Shown piece by piece: positions 36,401 to 45,585 of a stretch of 64,000 nt of DNA. The DNA is taken from assembly GCF_023055435.1 (NCBI RefSeq), contig NW_025964223.1, positions 28,830,001-28,894,000 on the forward strand, given 5' to 3'. How positions within the stretch are numbered: the stretch's first letter is position 1; each line of letters begins with the position of its first letter. A program made the translations under genes and the position numbers. The DNA comes from Haliotis rufescens. Taxonomy: Eukaryota. The notes under the pieces are model-generated. The model made no database searches. It had not been told where the DNA came from and was given only the letters and a program-made list of their open reading frames with translations.

Positions 36401-39400
36401 TCATAAAAATTTGTGAACATTGATTGGCCATGTCAAAGGTCAAGGTCATCCTCAAGGTTCTTTGTGTACTGAACAAACCCTTCATTGGGGTGACACCTGT
36501 TATCGGACTGGAAATTCTTGGTTGTATGTTATGATTTCTGGGGCCTTCTGGACATGATAGTAAAGAGGCTGTTTCTGTTTTTGCAAATATGTGTAAACAC
36601 TTTTGTAGTTTTCATGTAATGTGCAACCAGTTTCACTTACACAAACAAACAATCATGTAGTTGGGAAATAAGACAACTTGAATCTTGCTGAAATAGACTG
36701 AGAGAAGTTTCAAATAATGAACTTAGTAATTCAAGGTGTTTAGACTGGCTCCTGGAGAGTTCCTTCACCTGCTCGTTGTCTCTCATCTTCCCGAGGCAAG
36801 AGAGTTAACTGACAATAAAAGTTCAGTTTCTATCCTTGCCGAACTAGGCTGGTATTATGGAGTTACATTTTCGCTGGACTAATGAGTCTATGCATAGTCC
36901 AATCAAAATCTTGCAGCGAAATCGAAATCCGGTTTGTAAACTATTGTGCAGATTTCGGTCGATTGCAGGATTTGCAAAGCCTTTGCACCACCAACTCATT
37001 GTCAACAGATATTTTCCAAACCTTTTCATGTTTTTAATCAAGGTGCTCGCGTGATTTGATGCACTTCACATTGTAAGACCCGTTTTAGATCTTGATTATA
37101 GATCAGATCGTCTTGACAGGGCACTGCCATTTTAATTGAAACAAATGCAAGTGATGGAATCAGATTGGTCCATAGGAGAGGTTTAGAAGGAACATAACTC
37201 GTAATAACCACTGGTGGTGCTACAATCGAGCCCAGGAATTCCAGCCTAGTTTGGCAAGGGCGGAAACTGCACTTTCAAAGTCAGCTAACTCTCTTGCCTC
37301 GTGAAGATGGTTGTCTCTGTCTATGTTGATCTCTTTGGTGTATTGCTGCATGATGTTGCAGGACGTGGTCGTGAGAGTGTGTTTTGTTCTGGGGAATATC
37401 ACAGCCAAGAACGATGATGCAAGGAGAAGACTGTTCCAGGAAACTAATGCCATGCCCACCCTGCTTTCAGTATTAAAAACATTCCACAACCTGGAGTCTC
37501 AGGTAAATACCTTTCAGGAACAACCTTGATTGACAAGTTTAGAAGTAATATGTGGATTAATTTGGAATGAAAATGAATTGATCAGCTTTACGTCTTTCAT
37601 AATAGTTTTTCTGTGGTTTGAATCATTTAAAATTTATTAGCTTATGGTAATGCACCCTAGCATTTTTTAATTGAATCAAAATATGCTTTTCTGTGTACAT
37701 GTACATGTGTTTTAACCTCCAATAAAGAAAAGTAAGGAATGCACAAAGCTGAAATTAGCCTGTACTCCAAATACCAAGTGAAGTGAACAGAATGCTGATA
37801 TGCAGTAAATATAGTTTCTGTGACACAATCTAACAGTTACTAAGTAAAACATATGAATTAATTAAACATTAAAACATCCTCGTCATGAATTGCTGGACCA
37901 GCATGAAAGTACTGACTCAGGGAAGCTGTCTTGCCTGTTTTCACCAAGCAACCCTCATGCCAGGGGCCACATCTTGCACACACCGTCAAGATGCAACACT
38001 GTTGTTGATCATCACCTGGTGCCAGAATCAGATACTGACAGTCAATGACAGCTTTGCGTTATGATTATGTCTGCTTTTCACACACTGATTAAAACTAATT
38101 AAAACTGATTTTCTTCTTTCAGAAAAGGTCAAAGCCTGAGAATGTTACCACAAATGGCAGACACAACAATAATGATGGGGATGGTGCTGTCAACACAATA
38201 GATGACGTTCTGATCAAAGTCATTCGAGTAATCGCCAACTTGTCCATCAATGATTCTGTTGGGCCAATCATAGCTTCACATGTGGAATGTGTACAACTTT
38301 TGCTAGCAATTCTAGGTGTGTGATTACAGTGACTAGAATATCAGTAGAATTCATTCACTGATGTCATATCAACTATTAATTGGAAGTCTGAATAATATAG
38401 CAGTTGTTTAAGAAAACTTTAACTTGTTCAATTCTATAAAATCCAAATATTAGGAAAACATTGAGGTGGGGGGGGGCAATGTATAAATTCATTTCCATGA
38501 AATGTTGTTTTGAAACTTATTAAGTCTGGCAGCAATAATACATGCATTATGTGTACGGTCTATTTGTGTTTAGGGGAAAGCAATGATGAAATTGTATTTC
38601 TTCAGATTCTAAAGATATTGGAAGCAGCGAGGAGCTGATTCTTAACACGGTGGCTACAATCAACAACCTTTCATACTACACCACCAAGACCAGCGCCATC
38701 ACAGCCCACCAGAACACTGTAGCTCAGGGTGAGTGACCTACTTGTCACTGATTACCAGTCATTTTACAGTTCATTGTAGAGCAGTATCATTTTACTGCTT
38801 TGGACGTCTCCAGACCATTGGTGGTTCAATAGGCACAGGGGCAGGTTTAAAGTGTTCAGTTAACAGTTGAATGTGCACAGGGGTGGGTTTAAGGTGTTCA
38901 GTTAACAGTTGAATGTGCACAGGGGCAGGTTTAAGGTGTTCAGTTAACAGTTGAATGTGCACAGGGGTAGGTTTAAGGTGTTCAGTTAACAGTTGAATGT
39001 GCACAGGGCTGGGTTTAAGGTGTTCAGTTAACAGTTGAATGTGCACAGGGGTGGGTTTAAGGTGTTCAGTTAACAGTTGAATGTGCACAGGGGTGGGTTT
39101 AAGGTGTTCAGTTAACAGTTGAATGTGCACAGGGGCAGGTTTAAGGTGTTCAGTTAACAGTTGAATGTGCACAGGGGTGGGTTTAAGGTGTTCAGTTAAC
39201 AGTTGAATGTGCACAGGGGTGGGTTTAAGGTGTTCAGTTAACAGTTGAATGTGCACAGGGCTGGGTTTAAGGTGTTCAGTTAACAGTTGAATGTGCACAG
39301 GGGTGGGTTTAAGGTGTTCAGTTAACAGTTGAATGTGCACAGGGGTGGGTTTAAGGTGTTCAGTTAACAGTTGAATGTGCACAGGGGCAGGTTTAAGGTG

Positions 39401-41460
39401 TTCAGTTAACAGTTGAATGTGCACAGGGGCAGGTTTAAGGTGTTCAGTGTTTCAGCAGGACACACTGGCCACTGTTTTGTTTTTAGATTTGGCAGCACCA
39501 TCCCTGTGTAAGGCCTGCATCACTTGGGGCTTTGCTCCCACATTATGATGACATACTGTGATATAACTGAACTATTATTATAAGTGCTGTTAAACTCACT
39601 CATTAGCAGGGATCTGTTTGTGTCTGATCTGTATTGGTATTCTGATTAAAAGTCTTGTTTCACTTCAGTCTTATTGAAACTGGTGATGACAGACAACATG
39701 GAGGCCATGTTAGAAGCTTCGCGAGTGTTTGGCAATCTGACCAGACAGAGGACTGTTCGAGACCTTCTCTCCAGACAGAAAGGTGAGTGAGACTTTAAGA
39801 TCTGTTAGTGTATGGCTTAATAGTTCCCAGGGTTTGTCAGCATTGTTAGATGGTTTCTTCCCATTTTGTCAATGGGACAATCAGTATTTGTATGCAAGAT
39901 TTGTGAAGCATTTAATTCAAAGCTGTTTTAAATTTGATCCACTGTTACCAAAAAACAGATGATGTTATACCTTAACAGATATATATACAGGTTGTTTCAG
40001 TTCACAAGGAAATGGTACTACTGATGTTTCAAGTAGAAACTGTACTGTAATCTGGTGAATCTGTTTCAGTTGATGAGATCATGATCACCTTGCTGGACTC
40101 AGGGAACAGAGAGCTGGTGTTCATTGCATGTGGCGTTCTCATCAACTTCATGGCTGATGAAGATAAGCGACCTCTTCTCAAGAAAGAAGGTGGCATAAAA
40201 AAGTGAGTTATCTAAGCAACAGTGTATTCCTGCAAGTCAGTCTATTCAATTCTAAAAATTCTTCATGCTTCAGGGATATAATTTAGCCCAAGCCTGCTAG
40301 CCCAGACCAGTTTTGGTAACGTTAAAGGTATTCTAAGGGCTAGTAGAATTTCAAACATTTTAATGGTTATCGCTATGTGTTATCACTATGCTAGCAGACT
40401 TGCTTGGTTAATTTCTATGCCTGCTTTAATATTTCAAGTGTTTTCAGAGACATTTGGAGTACTTATGGTGTAAAGTATGACATTAAGATAGGAACTTTAT
40501 TGTGCTTAATACGTCTTGCATCTATTCAAGTAGGCATCTGCAAATCATTTTCCTTATTATAACTCTTTTGGAATCTAGTGCAAAATAGATCAAAGATGGA
40601 TGTTGTGGACTATGGCATTGAACAACTCACTTACTCTGTGACTGTCAGGTCCTTCAGTCTCAGTTCACATACTTATTTGGGCTGACCATTTCACAGTATC
40701 CATATCATCATTAAAGAGTACTTATTATAGAGTAGTTGTCATGTATGGGAGTTACTATTGACACTGTGGACATGTTTCAGATTGACTGAAGTGTTGCGAG
40801 ACTTTGGGCGTGAGGACTGGCAACTGGGCAGTGTTGTTTGTAAGGTGTTGTGTAACTACAGCACCAAGATCACAAGTACAAACTCATGCTTCGGTGAAGC
40901 AGAGGCACAGGATCTTGTCGATGTGCTGGTAGAGTATCTGGGTGAGTCATCTTTCTTACACATGACTTGCTTTCACTTCACTCCCTATGCTTATGAACGA
41001 GCTCAGTGATGGCTGAAACATTTCTGACATCAAAGGAAAGCCCATGATGTAAGGCTTATCTCCAATAACAGTTGATGGACTGAAAAGCATGTTACCTGTG
41101 TTTATGACATATGTTGAATACATCCCAAGATGGCTGTTGCAATGTGAAAATATCAGGCTGCACATGTGGAGATATTTCAGTAAAGAGCTACAGAATTGCT
41201 GATGCAGTGTTCACATACTACATTTGTCATCAAGGATTCATCCGGAGTTGCATGGGCAATGTTATCACGGTATTCTTCTCTCACTGCTTTCAGATAGGGA
41301 AACAGCTTTAGAAGCATCTCTGAAGGATGAAGTAGATGAGGATTTGAAGGACTACCTGTGTGAAACATGGGAGGCTGACTTCTGTCCTGTTGCATCACAG
41401 CTGTTGAAGAGGATAGAGATCCATCAGTCCTGCTTTGAACCTTTGGAAGCGCCAGGGTGA
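3256..41460 (+). CDS. ARMC2: Armadillo repeat-containing protein 2, spliced CDS of 19 coding exons (2583 nt, 860 aa)
   Basis: Exons with GT/AG boundaries join in phase with no internal stop. The translation matches recalled vertebrate ARMC2 motifs along its length: RPFTP, SDSRPVSGAKLSPL, PKPPADP, NLLNVCKLVFKVSRNEKND, DVVVRVCFVLGNITAKN, ATINNLSYY, RVFGNL, GGIKKL, DWQL, WEADFCPVA. Confidence 0.95.
3894..5284. mobile_element. Longer member of the same TA-flanked MITE family, with about 1 kb of extra internal sequence
   Basis: TA|CCGT...ACGG|TA ends; 3894-4100 and 5146-5284 align with the 302-627 copy. Confidence 0.8.
4129..4298. repeat. 170-bp near-perfect palindrome (foldback or MITE-like)
   Basis: TAAGAATTGACCTTCACTTTGTGTGAGTTCATTGGAGTATGAACCTT... 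is mirrored by ...AAGGTTCATACTCCAATGAACTCACACAAAGTGAAAGTCAATTCTTA. Confidence 0.92.
5841..5913 (+). CDS. ARMC2: ARMC2 coding exon 2 (SLNSRHFDGSDSRPVSGAKLSPLDH)
   Basis: tgttgcag| ... |gtaagt; conserved SDSRPxSG motif; not in the ORF track. Confidence 0.92.
8245..8534. mobile_element. hAT-like MITE with CAGGG ends; related decayed copy at about 40271-40423
   Basis: TIR CAGGGTTCGAAATTAA; the matching TTARTTTCTAACCCTG end occurs twice (ending 8479 and 8534); internal GGACTAG repeats. Confidence 0.6.
8923..9128. mobile_element. Small hAT-like MITE
   Basis: TIRs CAGGGTTTTTCCC / GGGAAAACCCTG; TSD not clean. Confidence 0.45.
10097..10950. repeat. 24-bp minisatellite (GTGTTTTGTACACAATGTAGGGTW), about 35 copies
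   Basis: Directly visible; accounts for the four periodic ORFs here. Confidence 0.97.
11298..11478 (+). CDS. ARMC2: ARMC2 coding exon 3 (TPRAP...PKPPADP...SSD)
   Basis: ttttcag| ... G|gtactc; PKPPxDP motif. Confidence 0.85.
11594..14708 (+). mobile_element. Decayed, internally deleted DIRS1-like retrotransposon
   Basis: ITRs at about 11594-11757 and 14519-14708; ICR at 14362-14445; remnants of gag (11890-12980), RNaseH/MT (13130-13754) and YR colinear with the 14709-21798 element. Confidence 0.9.
12681..12948 (-). mobile_element. SINE-like element family A (non-tRNA head GACCCGTGA..., (AAAC)n tail) inserted in the DIRS gag remnant
   Basis: Interrupts sequence that is contiguous in the young DIRS; GATTYC duplicated at the flanks; homologous copies at 23922, 29409 and 45390. 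Confidence 0.88.
15346..17301 (+). CDS. DIRS ORF1, gag-like (651 aa): N-terminal Cys/His zinc-finger-like cluster, P/S/T-rich linker, R/G-rich C-terminus
   Basis: Intact ATG-to-TGA ORF upstream of RT inside the ITRs; CxxC...HxxCxxC...CxxC. Confidence 0.88.
   Translation: MLARCTNCRGKKSIQDPHPRCLSCTQICAPNSKCVFCKNLSPTSFARYRQVTHKRILQQSRLEKRKMSLSLSQMSEGQDSIITTQPLSMRDNRSAVTVTAEVHMPPESSLPENVGRIIIAPNLENSTSVTSADSAPASQDVLSGIAPSQARLKSTPLSIAPRMPAPSAAKPYYPSASTMTSAQGLSAYDITQPAHDQLSAVPMYPAQAPMPIPNTNWMPNFLQSMWQQSMTQLYPAPAPMPLPTPMPMYQTPASTTSTAHILPPTPVTNVYNTPIMSHNTVHSSLSSTSTPARTWTSTRDSLSPGSSSKPSVRGNTAHRSRSRSPSRRTHQHRSDSSDGSNGEEGDSANEWNTHLSLAQVSDWVADRLISVPSPGSGVDKKDTIWTHPTSIPIDPMMSDMIRSLDEGFSRLTLTPSFRPPRFRKDEFPIHGFEAANQAHSLDEDIQRMTGSSRPTTLKVQDTRVAFIETEIRRVLKPLAALAWSTRAVEQDLSEDNPNRLDHLQTIVDFQQRQINHMSNHLKAALAEITVTRRLGYLVALSTWDSEFKRRLLRQPWSSSSLFNKQISDTHTKVSSYARDETALKALEHVSQNVSQRSGKSGNYRPRRESLKEGQVHDSFRGKGRGRGKPQGSYQSRRGKYHSKGGDRRGKH
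17304..19246 (+). pseudogene. DIRS ORF2: reverse transcriptase, RNase H and Dam-like methyltransferase domain; two premature stops (17906-17908, 18161-18163)
   Basis: Single frame. RT motifs IDLQDAYLHI, LPFGISVAPWLF, YIDD; RNase H motifs FADAS, INNLELEA, TDNST, ADALSR; MT motifs IDLFAT, YAFPP, APWWP. Confidence 0.93.
17386..21079 (+). pseudogene. DIRS ORF3 tyrosine recombinase, overlapping ORF2; disrupted by a stop (18814-18816), a deletion at about 19390 and an insertion (19997-20859)
   Basis: LLALATAARVSELHA, LLCPVRAL; after removing the insertion it reads PHEIRALAST...CFWRSDTVFASHYLRD (R...HxxR...W...Y). Confidence 0.93.
19997..20859. mobile_element. Non-autonomous hAT-like DNA transposon with a 6-bp TSD (AAGAAC), inside the DIRS YR
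   Basis: 11-bp TIR CAGGGATGTGA/TCACATCCCTG; AAGAAC at 19991-19996 and 20860-20865; excision restores the YR frame. Confidence 0.92.
21846..22011 (+). CDS. ARMC2: ARMC2 coding exon 4 (low-complexity linker RLHQDQGSPD...SSPPR)
   Basis: GC-rich open frame, phase 1 to 2; weak acceptor ttaaag|, donor |gtgagt. Confidence 0.75.
22366..22445 (+). CDS. ARMC2: ARMC2 coding exon 5 (GGSHDGEQRVGSGSSRKSSSAGKSRS)
   Basis: ttgcag| ... |gtcagt, phase 2 to 1. Confidence 0.75.
22501..22803. repeat. 30-bp minisatellite (TYTAATGGAGATCTCAGACTGACATACAAG), about 10 copies, with 36-bp variants
   Basis: Directly visible; fills most of the intron between coding exons 5 and 6. Confidence 0.95.
22833..22931 (+). CDS. 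ARMC2: ARMC2 coding exon 6 (SAGKRDSIDVGDDNFFTDKVAPLIEAMSALGK)
   Basis: ttccag| ... |gtaagt. Confidence 0.88.
23052..23227 (+). CDS. ARMC2: ARMC2 coding exon 7 (RDNEKLGELAEE...RSSILKAIFKLLDV...LKLARLILA)
   Basis: ttgtag| ... |gtaagt; conserved RSxILK and LKLA motifs. Confidence 0.92.
23922..24160 (+). mobile_element. SINE-like element family A
   Basis: GACCCGTGAAGATCC head, ATATAGCTGGAATATTGCTGA tail plus (AAAC)n; approximate TSD CAAAAYCATGT. Confidence 0.88.
24230..24332 (+). CDS. ARMC2: ARMC2 coding exon 8 (FKVGGNNLLNVCKLVFKVSRNEKND...)
   Basis: ttttccag| ... |gtgagt. Confidence 0.95.
24669..24841 (+). CDS. ARMC2: ARMC2 coding exon 9 (LLIETIQ...EALIYCVGAVKFLTGN...EKT)
   Basis: tttcag| ... 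|gtgagc. Confidence 0.93.
24942..25139. repeat. 37-bp perfect minisatellite (AATCAGGTGGTTGCAATGGCTGGTCAGTATGGTCAGT), 5.3 copies
   Basis: Directly visible. Confidence 0.95.
25392..26210 (+). mobile_element. Non-autonomous Helentron-type element (HINE / DINE-1 / pearl-like) with about 4.3 internal 159-bp repeats
   Basis: 5' TATCCCCCGCC sub-TIR with its nearby inverted partner, (GTCC)n microsatellite, 159-bp array, 3' GGCGGGGGATA sub-TIR, hairpin GTCACTCTGTGAC, CTTGTT end. Confidence 0.85.
26491..26541 (+). CDS. ARMC2: ARMC2 coding exon 10 (NRDNGRVSDQFGHILVQ)
   Basis: ttctgatcag| ... |gtaaat; GHxLVQ motif. Confidence 0.9.
26906..27069. repeat. 38-bp minisatellite (CTAGTCATATTGGTTTAGAGGGAGCTATATGTAGCTGC), about 4 copies
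   Basis: Directly visible. Confidence 0.93.
27103..27248 (+). CDS. ARMC2: ARMC2 coding exon 11 (LCAALRNLAD...ISRIF)
   Basis: gtgcag| ... AG|gtaagc. Confidence 0.93.
27302..29401. mobile_element. Non-autonomous hAT-like DNA transposon (2.1 kb) with a 6-bp TSD (TTTAAG)
   Basis: 13-bp TIR CAGTGTTTGCGTT/AACGCAAACACTG; TTTAAG at 27296-27301 and 29402-29407. Confidence 0.88.
29409..29945 (-). mobile_element. SINE-like family A copy interrupted by a family B SINE
   Basis: Tail half at 29409-29504, head half at 29789-29945. Confidence 0.82.
29505..29788 (-). mobile_element. tRNA-derived SINE family B, 15-bp TSD CAGACAATCAAGTGA
   Basis: A/B boxes on the minus strand, (ACTC)n tail, TSD at 29490-29504 and 29789-29803; homologous to 61825-62092. 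Confidence 0.92.
30276..32077. mobile_element. Non-autonomous hAT transposon with an 8-bp TSD (ACTGTTAC)
   Basis: TIRs TAGATCTGCAACGATA / TATCGTTTCAGCCCTA; subterminal CGATAC repeats; TSD at 30268-30275 and 32078-32085. Confidence 0.92.
32301..33700 (+). mobile_element. Short, internally deleted DIRS element (ITRs, YR C-terminus, ICR)
   Basis: ITRs at about 32308-32400 and 33595-33675; ICR-like region 33351-33408; YR remnant NPHKTRAVASTMALHSNC...CFWKSDTVFVSH. Confidence 0.85.
33825..35760 (+). mobile_element. Decayed, internally deleted DIRS element
   Basis: ITRs at about 33828-33920 and 35625-35737; right extension to 35760; ICR half at 35461-35500; YR remnant 34840-35355 (TKKTFFLLTLATVARASEL, LLCPVRTL). 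Confidence 0.85.
35892..35991 (+). CDS. ARMC2: ARMC2 coding exon 12 (KVTLHTDCCTVLA...HVNKE)
   Basis: tttcag| ... |gtaaca. Confidence 0.93.
37362..37502 (+). CDS. ARMC2: ARMC2 coding exon 13 (DVVVRVCFVLGNITAKN...LESQ)
   Basis: ttgcag| ... |gtaaat. Confidence 0.94.
38123..38315 (+). CDS. ARMC2: ARMC2 coding exon 14 (KRSKPE...DVLIKVIRVIANLSI...LLAIL)
   Basis: ttctttcag| ... G|gtgtgt. Confidence 0.93.
38606..38728 (+). CDS. ARMC2: ARMC2 coding exon 15 (SKDIGSSEELILNTVATINNLSYY...)
   Basis: ttcttcag| ... G|gtgagt. Confidence 0.94.
38830..39448. repeat. 42-bp minisatellite (GTGCACAGGGGTGGGTTTAAGGTGTTCAGTTAACAGTTGAAT), about 14.5 copies
   Basis: Directly visible; accounts for the 14-aa periodic ORF. 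Confidence 0.97.
39669..39782 (+). CDS. ARMC2: ARMC2 coding exon 16 (LLKLVMTDNMEAMLEASRVFGNLT...)
   Basis: cttcag| ... G|gtgagt. Confidence 0.94.
40070..40202 (+). CDS. ARMC2: ARMC2 coding exon 17 (DEIMITLLDS...ACGVLINF...GGIK)
   Basis: tttcag| ... AA|gtgagt. Confidence 0.94.
40781..40941 (+). CDS. ARMC2: ARMC2 coding exon 18 (LTEVLRDFGREDWQLG...EYL)
   Basis: tttcag| ... G|gtgagt. Confidence 0.94.
41294..41460 (+). CDS. ARMC2: ARMC2 last coding exon (RETALE...WEADFCPVASQLLKRI...EPLEAPG*)
   Basis: tttcag| ... TGA stop at 41458-41460. Confidence 0.94.
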
Positions 41461-43905
41461 TAGGCATCTGGTGGCTGAGCTACGAATGTATTAGCATGAG
41501 TTGAATGTGGTGTACTAGTCGGTGGAGTGTGAGTGAAATCCCGGAACATTATACACACTAGGATGATTGGGAAGAGTTTCAACAATAAGGAAATCACTTT
41601 CTTAGTACCTCAATTTGTGATAGCAAAGTTTTATTGTTGAAGTGTCAAATGTATAGAATTGGTTGAAGAGAAACATTTCTGAGCATATATTTGTTACACA
41701 TGTATTTGTATAAACCCCACAGGATGATCCCTGCATGATGTGAAGAGTATTAAGAAAGGTTAGTTATCTGTTGTGTGTACAAAACTACGATATTGTTATG
41801 ATGGGAGGTCAACCTATAGTCCATTGTATAAGCTTGTGATAGAGTTGGCTGTATCCTTAATACTGATAGTACATAATGGTGGAACTACTTGATGACTTGC
41901 CTGTGAATTGATGAAACATTGTGTACAATTTGCATTAAATGACTAGTCTAATGACAGAACTCAATCTTGAAGTGCATTTGTAAGGTGTGTAGAAACTGTC
42001 AGTATACCTTAGGAAGATCAAGTTGAGTTGGTTACACTACCCGTAATTGTTTGTGATGTAAGGTGGTTCCCCACGTGTTTCCCAAAGGCTCTGTGTTCTC
42101 CTAATTGGGCATAGCTATGCACATCTGTGTGCCTCTTTCCGTCCGCTTTTTTATTCTGTAACCTGTGATGTTTGCCAGTATTTTATTCTTTGCATGACAG
42201 TTGACAGAAATATTGTTGAGTCACAAAAACAATTAGTTTGGGGAGTCAATATGCATAATCACAGTCCTCATCACAGAGCATGTTAGCCTATTTGACATGT
42301 GCCTGTGTTATCTCCTTATGAATCTGCACTGTAAGTTCCTTACCAATTGAGAGGTCATTACAAGCCAGGGCAGAGTAACCAGAAAATGAAGACATGAAGA
42401 AGACTGTTTACCTCACTATCTTAGTGTACATGGGGTTTTTGTATCAACACCACCAAAGTTCTATTCTCTTCTCAGAAATATCCTTCTAGTCTTACCTAAA
42501 TACCTTTATACATGCTGAGATACATCCACGAGGAAGTCGTTAGCCTTTAAGTATCTCTGGCTCAATAACCCTATGTGTAAGGACAGGCACCGAGTTTCAG
42601 GTTCATCAGCGATTTCTGCAGGACAAGATTATCATGTTTTACCAATTGGGAGAGTTCTATGCTTTAATCATGTTAATGTTAAGACTCTTTGGTATTGCTG
42701 TGTTGCTCTTCTATCAGTTTCTTATCCGAAAAGTAATTGTATATACAAGAATATATTTATTTCTATGAAACATTCCAATGTGTGTGTGTGTGTTTGCTGT
42801 ATCACCTGTGATTCTTGTAAATACATCCTTTGTTGATAGAAACATTCCATATTTACAAGGAAACTGTTCCATCCCTTATAGAATAATGATCATATGAAAT
42901 AGATACCGATATTGACACTTGTACTTGTTGAGACAGTTCTACAAAGTTTATGATTGTTATGAACTATCTAAGAAGCCAAATTATGACATTTATTTACGTA
43001 TGGCTTTAGTGTTTTTCAACACTGGCGATGAAGATGATGAAGTTGATGACTGAATCAGTGATGAAGAATGTAATGTGGGATGTCAGGCATTTCCGTCCAG
43101 TTTTTACTGTCATTATATTTATGTTCGTAAAGAAACATACTATTTAATAACAATGTGACTTTAAAATAAACAGAAAAAATGGTACCATTCTTCGTGAAAC
43201 TCATTATTTATTTCATATGAAAAGTTCCTATGTTGAACTCCATTGTTTCCACAGCATCGCTGACTCTTACACATGTTAAGTTTTATGTTAATCGTGGCTT
43301 TTGCTATTTTTCCTGAGTTGACAGTGATGTTTACTGTTTTGCTTTTCTTGCTTGTGGAGAAGAGATGGACACAACATAGCAGTAAAAATTTGTTTTGCAC
43401 AGGTGTAAAAGTTCACTGCATAGTAACACTATGGAATGTACTAAAGTTCACTCTCTACAGTCATGTATTTGCAGTTGTGTATTTGCAGTTGTGTGTCAGT
43501 TAATCTGTACATTATTTTTAACCCAGTATAGAAAACCTGAATGGCGGGATTGTGCAGTCAAACAAAGTCTGTTAACATTTGATAGATCATACTGTGCATG
43601 CAGGATAATAGTAATGACTAAGTTTACTTACTCAACTGAAAAACTATTGGTTAAAGGTACATGCTAATTTTATTAATCAGATTCAAACCAAATCGAATAT
43701 ATTATGTTGACATCTCTTTGACATAAAAGTATGACAATGCTATTTCTCATTGAAGGATCCATTAAAAACAATGTTTAATGATATCAATGAAATTCTTAGT
43801 CATTGAGGTAATTCAATATTGGGGGATACACTTGGGTTTCAAATACAAAATTGTATTATTTAAGATGAATACTTTGTACTTTGTACAAAATGTAATATTC
43901 CGTCC

Positions 43906-43911
43906 AATAAA
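43906..43911 (+). terminator. Candidate ARMC2 polyadenylation signal AATAAA (alternative at 43165)
   Basis: AATAAA preceded by several TGTA motifs and followed by a GT-rich stretch; no transcript evidence. Confidence 0.3.
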
Positions 43912-45319
43912 TACTGAACATATGCTGTTGTGTGGTGTGAATACAAGTGAATCTGGCAGCCGGAGGACCGGAGGTCCCCTTGTACTGCCATGTATGGTGA
44001 GGCCAGGAGACGTGGACATCAGTCATGTAAGCTGGTACATTTCACCGTGTACAGTTAGGCATCCGTTGGGCAAGAAGGAATCAGAGGATTATAGGTCCAA
44101 ACCCCAGATTTGCACTGATTGTGATTCATGGCTTGTCGGCACCATCCCAATGCCAGTGGTAAAAACATCCCGCAATCAGGTGACACACGTGACATTACTG
44201 AAATACTAAAGGAAGGGGTAAACCAAACTCCCCAGTCACCAGTGAGAGACAAGCAGCATGTCACAAGGGCTGTATTATTAGTGATTGTTGTAGAAGCAAG
44301 GTTTGTTAATGTCAGATGAGTAATAATGGTTGTTTTTAGGCAAATATGAAATGATTTGATTCTCTGACTTGGCCATTAACACTGTAATAACAATTTACAT
44401 ATGTTCATTTGCAAAACCAATTATTTCAACCTCAACCTTATTTCCACGTATTGACTGAACTTTCATATCAACACTCATTTGAGGAAAGTAATATGGTTCA
44501 CGTTATAATCAACAAGAATTTCAGAAACAGTAAAATCTTACATTTGCATGTATTGCATTACACTCACCCATATGCATGTACGTCGCTATATAAGTGCAAT
44601 AATCTTGGACGTGACAAACAGAAGGTGAGAGCAGTTGATTATATGTCTGAAAACAATGACAACATGTGTATCAATGAAACTATGGACATGCACGATCATT
44701 ACGATTGGGGTCGTCTCAACATATACTAGCGGAAAAAGTTACTTTGCTTAATATTAAGTTCAATAAAAATGAATTTTTCTTAAATTAAATAATGCATCTT
44801 TCAATATATATCTATGAAGACACCTCCTTGACTTCAAGGCCGTGATTCACAATTTGCACGTGCTTGTTCATTCACAGCGAACAATTTGGATATTTGCGTG
44901 TTTGTTTGGTGCCTGATACTCACAGAGGTATTTATTTAATGTGAACTGCATGCAATGATTGTTCAGCTGTCAAGTGCTCATCAACACACAATGCCACGGC
45001 TTGCTCCAATTCGTACACGTGTGACGTCGCGTCAAGACAACATATTTGGTTGGTGCATCTGCGGAATCGCTGCCATGGAGTGTAATGGTGGCATCACAAC
45101 TTATTGGGATTGGAATGGAATACACTGCTGGGACGATATCCTTTCTAGATCACTTTGTGCAAGTTTACTGCAGAATGATAATGCCAGCCCACAAGTTGCA
45201 CTTGCACCGGTTCTAACATGTTTTGAGGCAGCATAACATAGCTGTACTACCATGGCCGGCTGTTTCTTTAGATCTCTGTCAAATAGAACATGTCCAAGAT
45301 TATTGCACTCATATAGCGA

Positions 45320-45320
45320 G

Positions 45321-45348
<28 letters not shown>
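45320..45348. repeat. (GT)n microsatellite
   Basis: Directly visible. Confidence 0.95.
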
Positions 45349-45352
<4 letters not shown>

Positions 45353-45389
45353 TCGCATTAGTCTGGACGATTTTATAGAGCTAGACCAC

Positions 45390-45585
45390 TGGTTGGTTGT
45401 TTAACGCCGCACTCAGCAATATTCCAGCTATATGACGGCGGTCTGTAAATAATCTAGTCTGGACCAGACAATCCAGTGATTATTATCATGAGCATCGATC
45501 CACGCAATTGGGATCGATGACATGCATCAACCAAGTCAGCAAGCCCGACCACCCGATCCCGTTAGTCGCCTCTTACGACAAGCAT
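45390..45585 (-). mobile_element. 5'-truncated SINE-like family A copy
   Basis: High similarity to 12700-12890; begins at ATGCTTGTCGTAAGAGGCGACTAACGGG on the minus strand. Confidence 0.88.

Noticed and set aside
38792-39424. 210-aa ORF of 14-aa repeats
   Set aside because: 42-bp VNTR, antisense in an intron.
43950-44235. Old SINE-like remnant; ORF 43778-44209
   Set aside because: Only the tail resembles the SINE tails, too decayed to delimit; the ORF has no recognisable domain.
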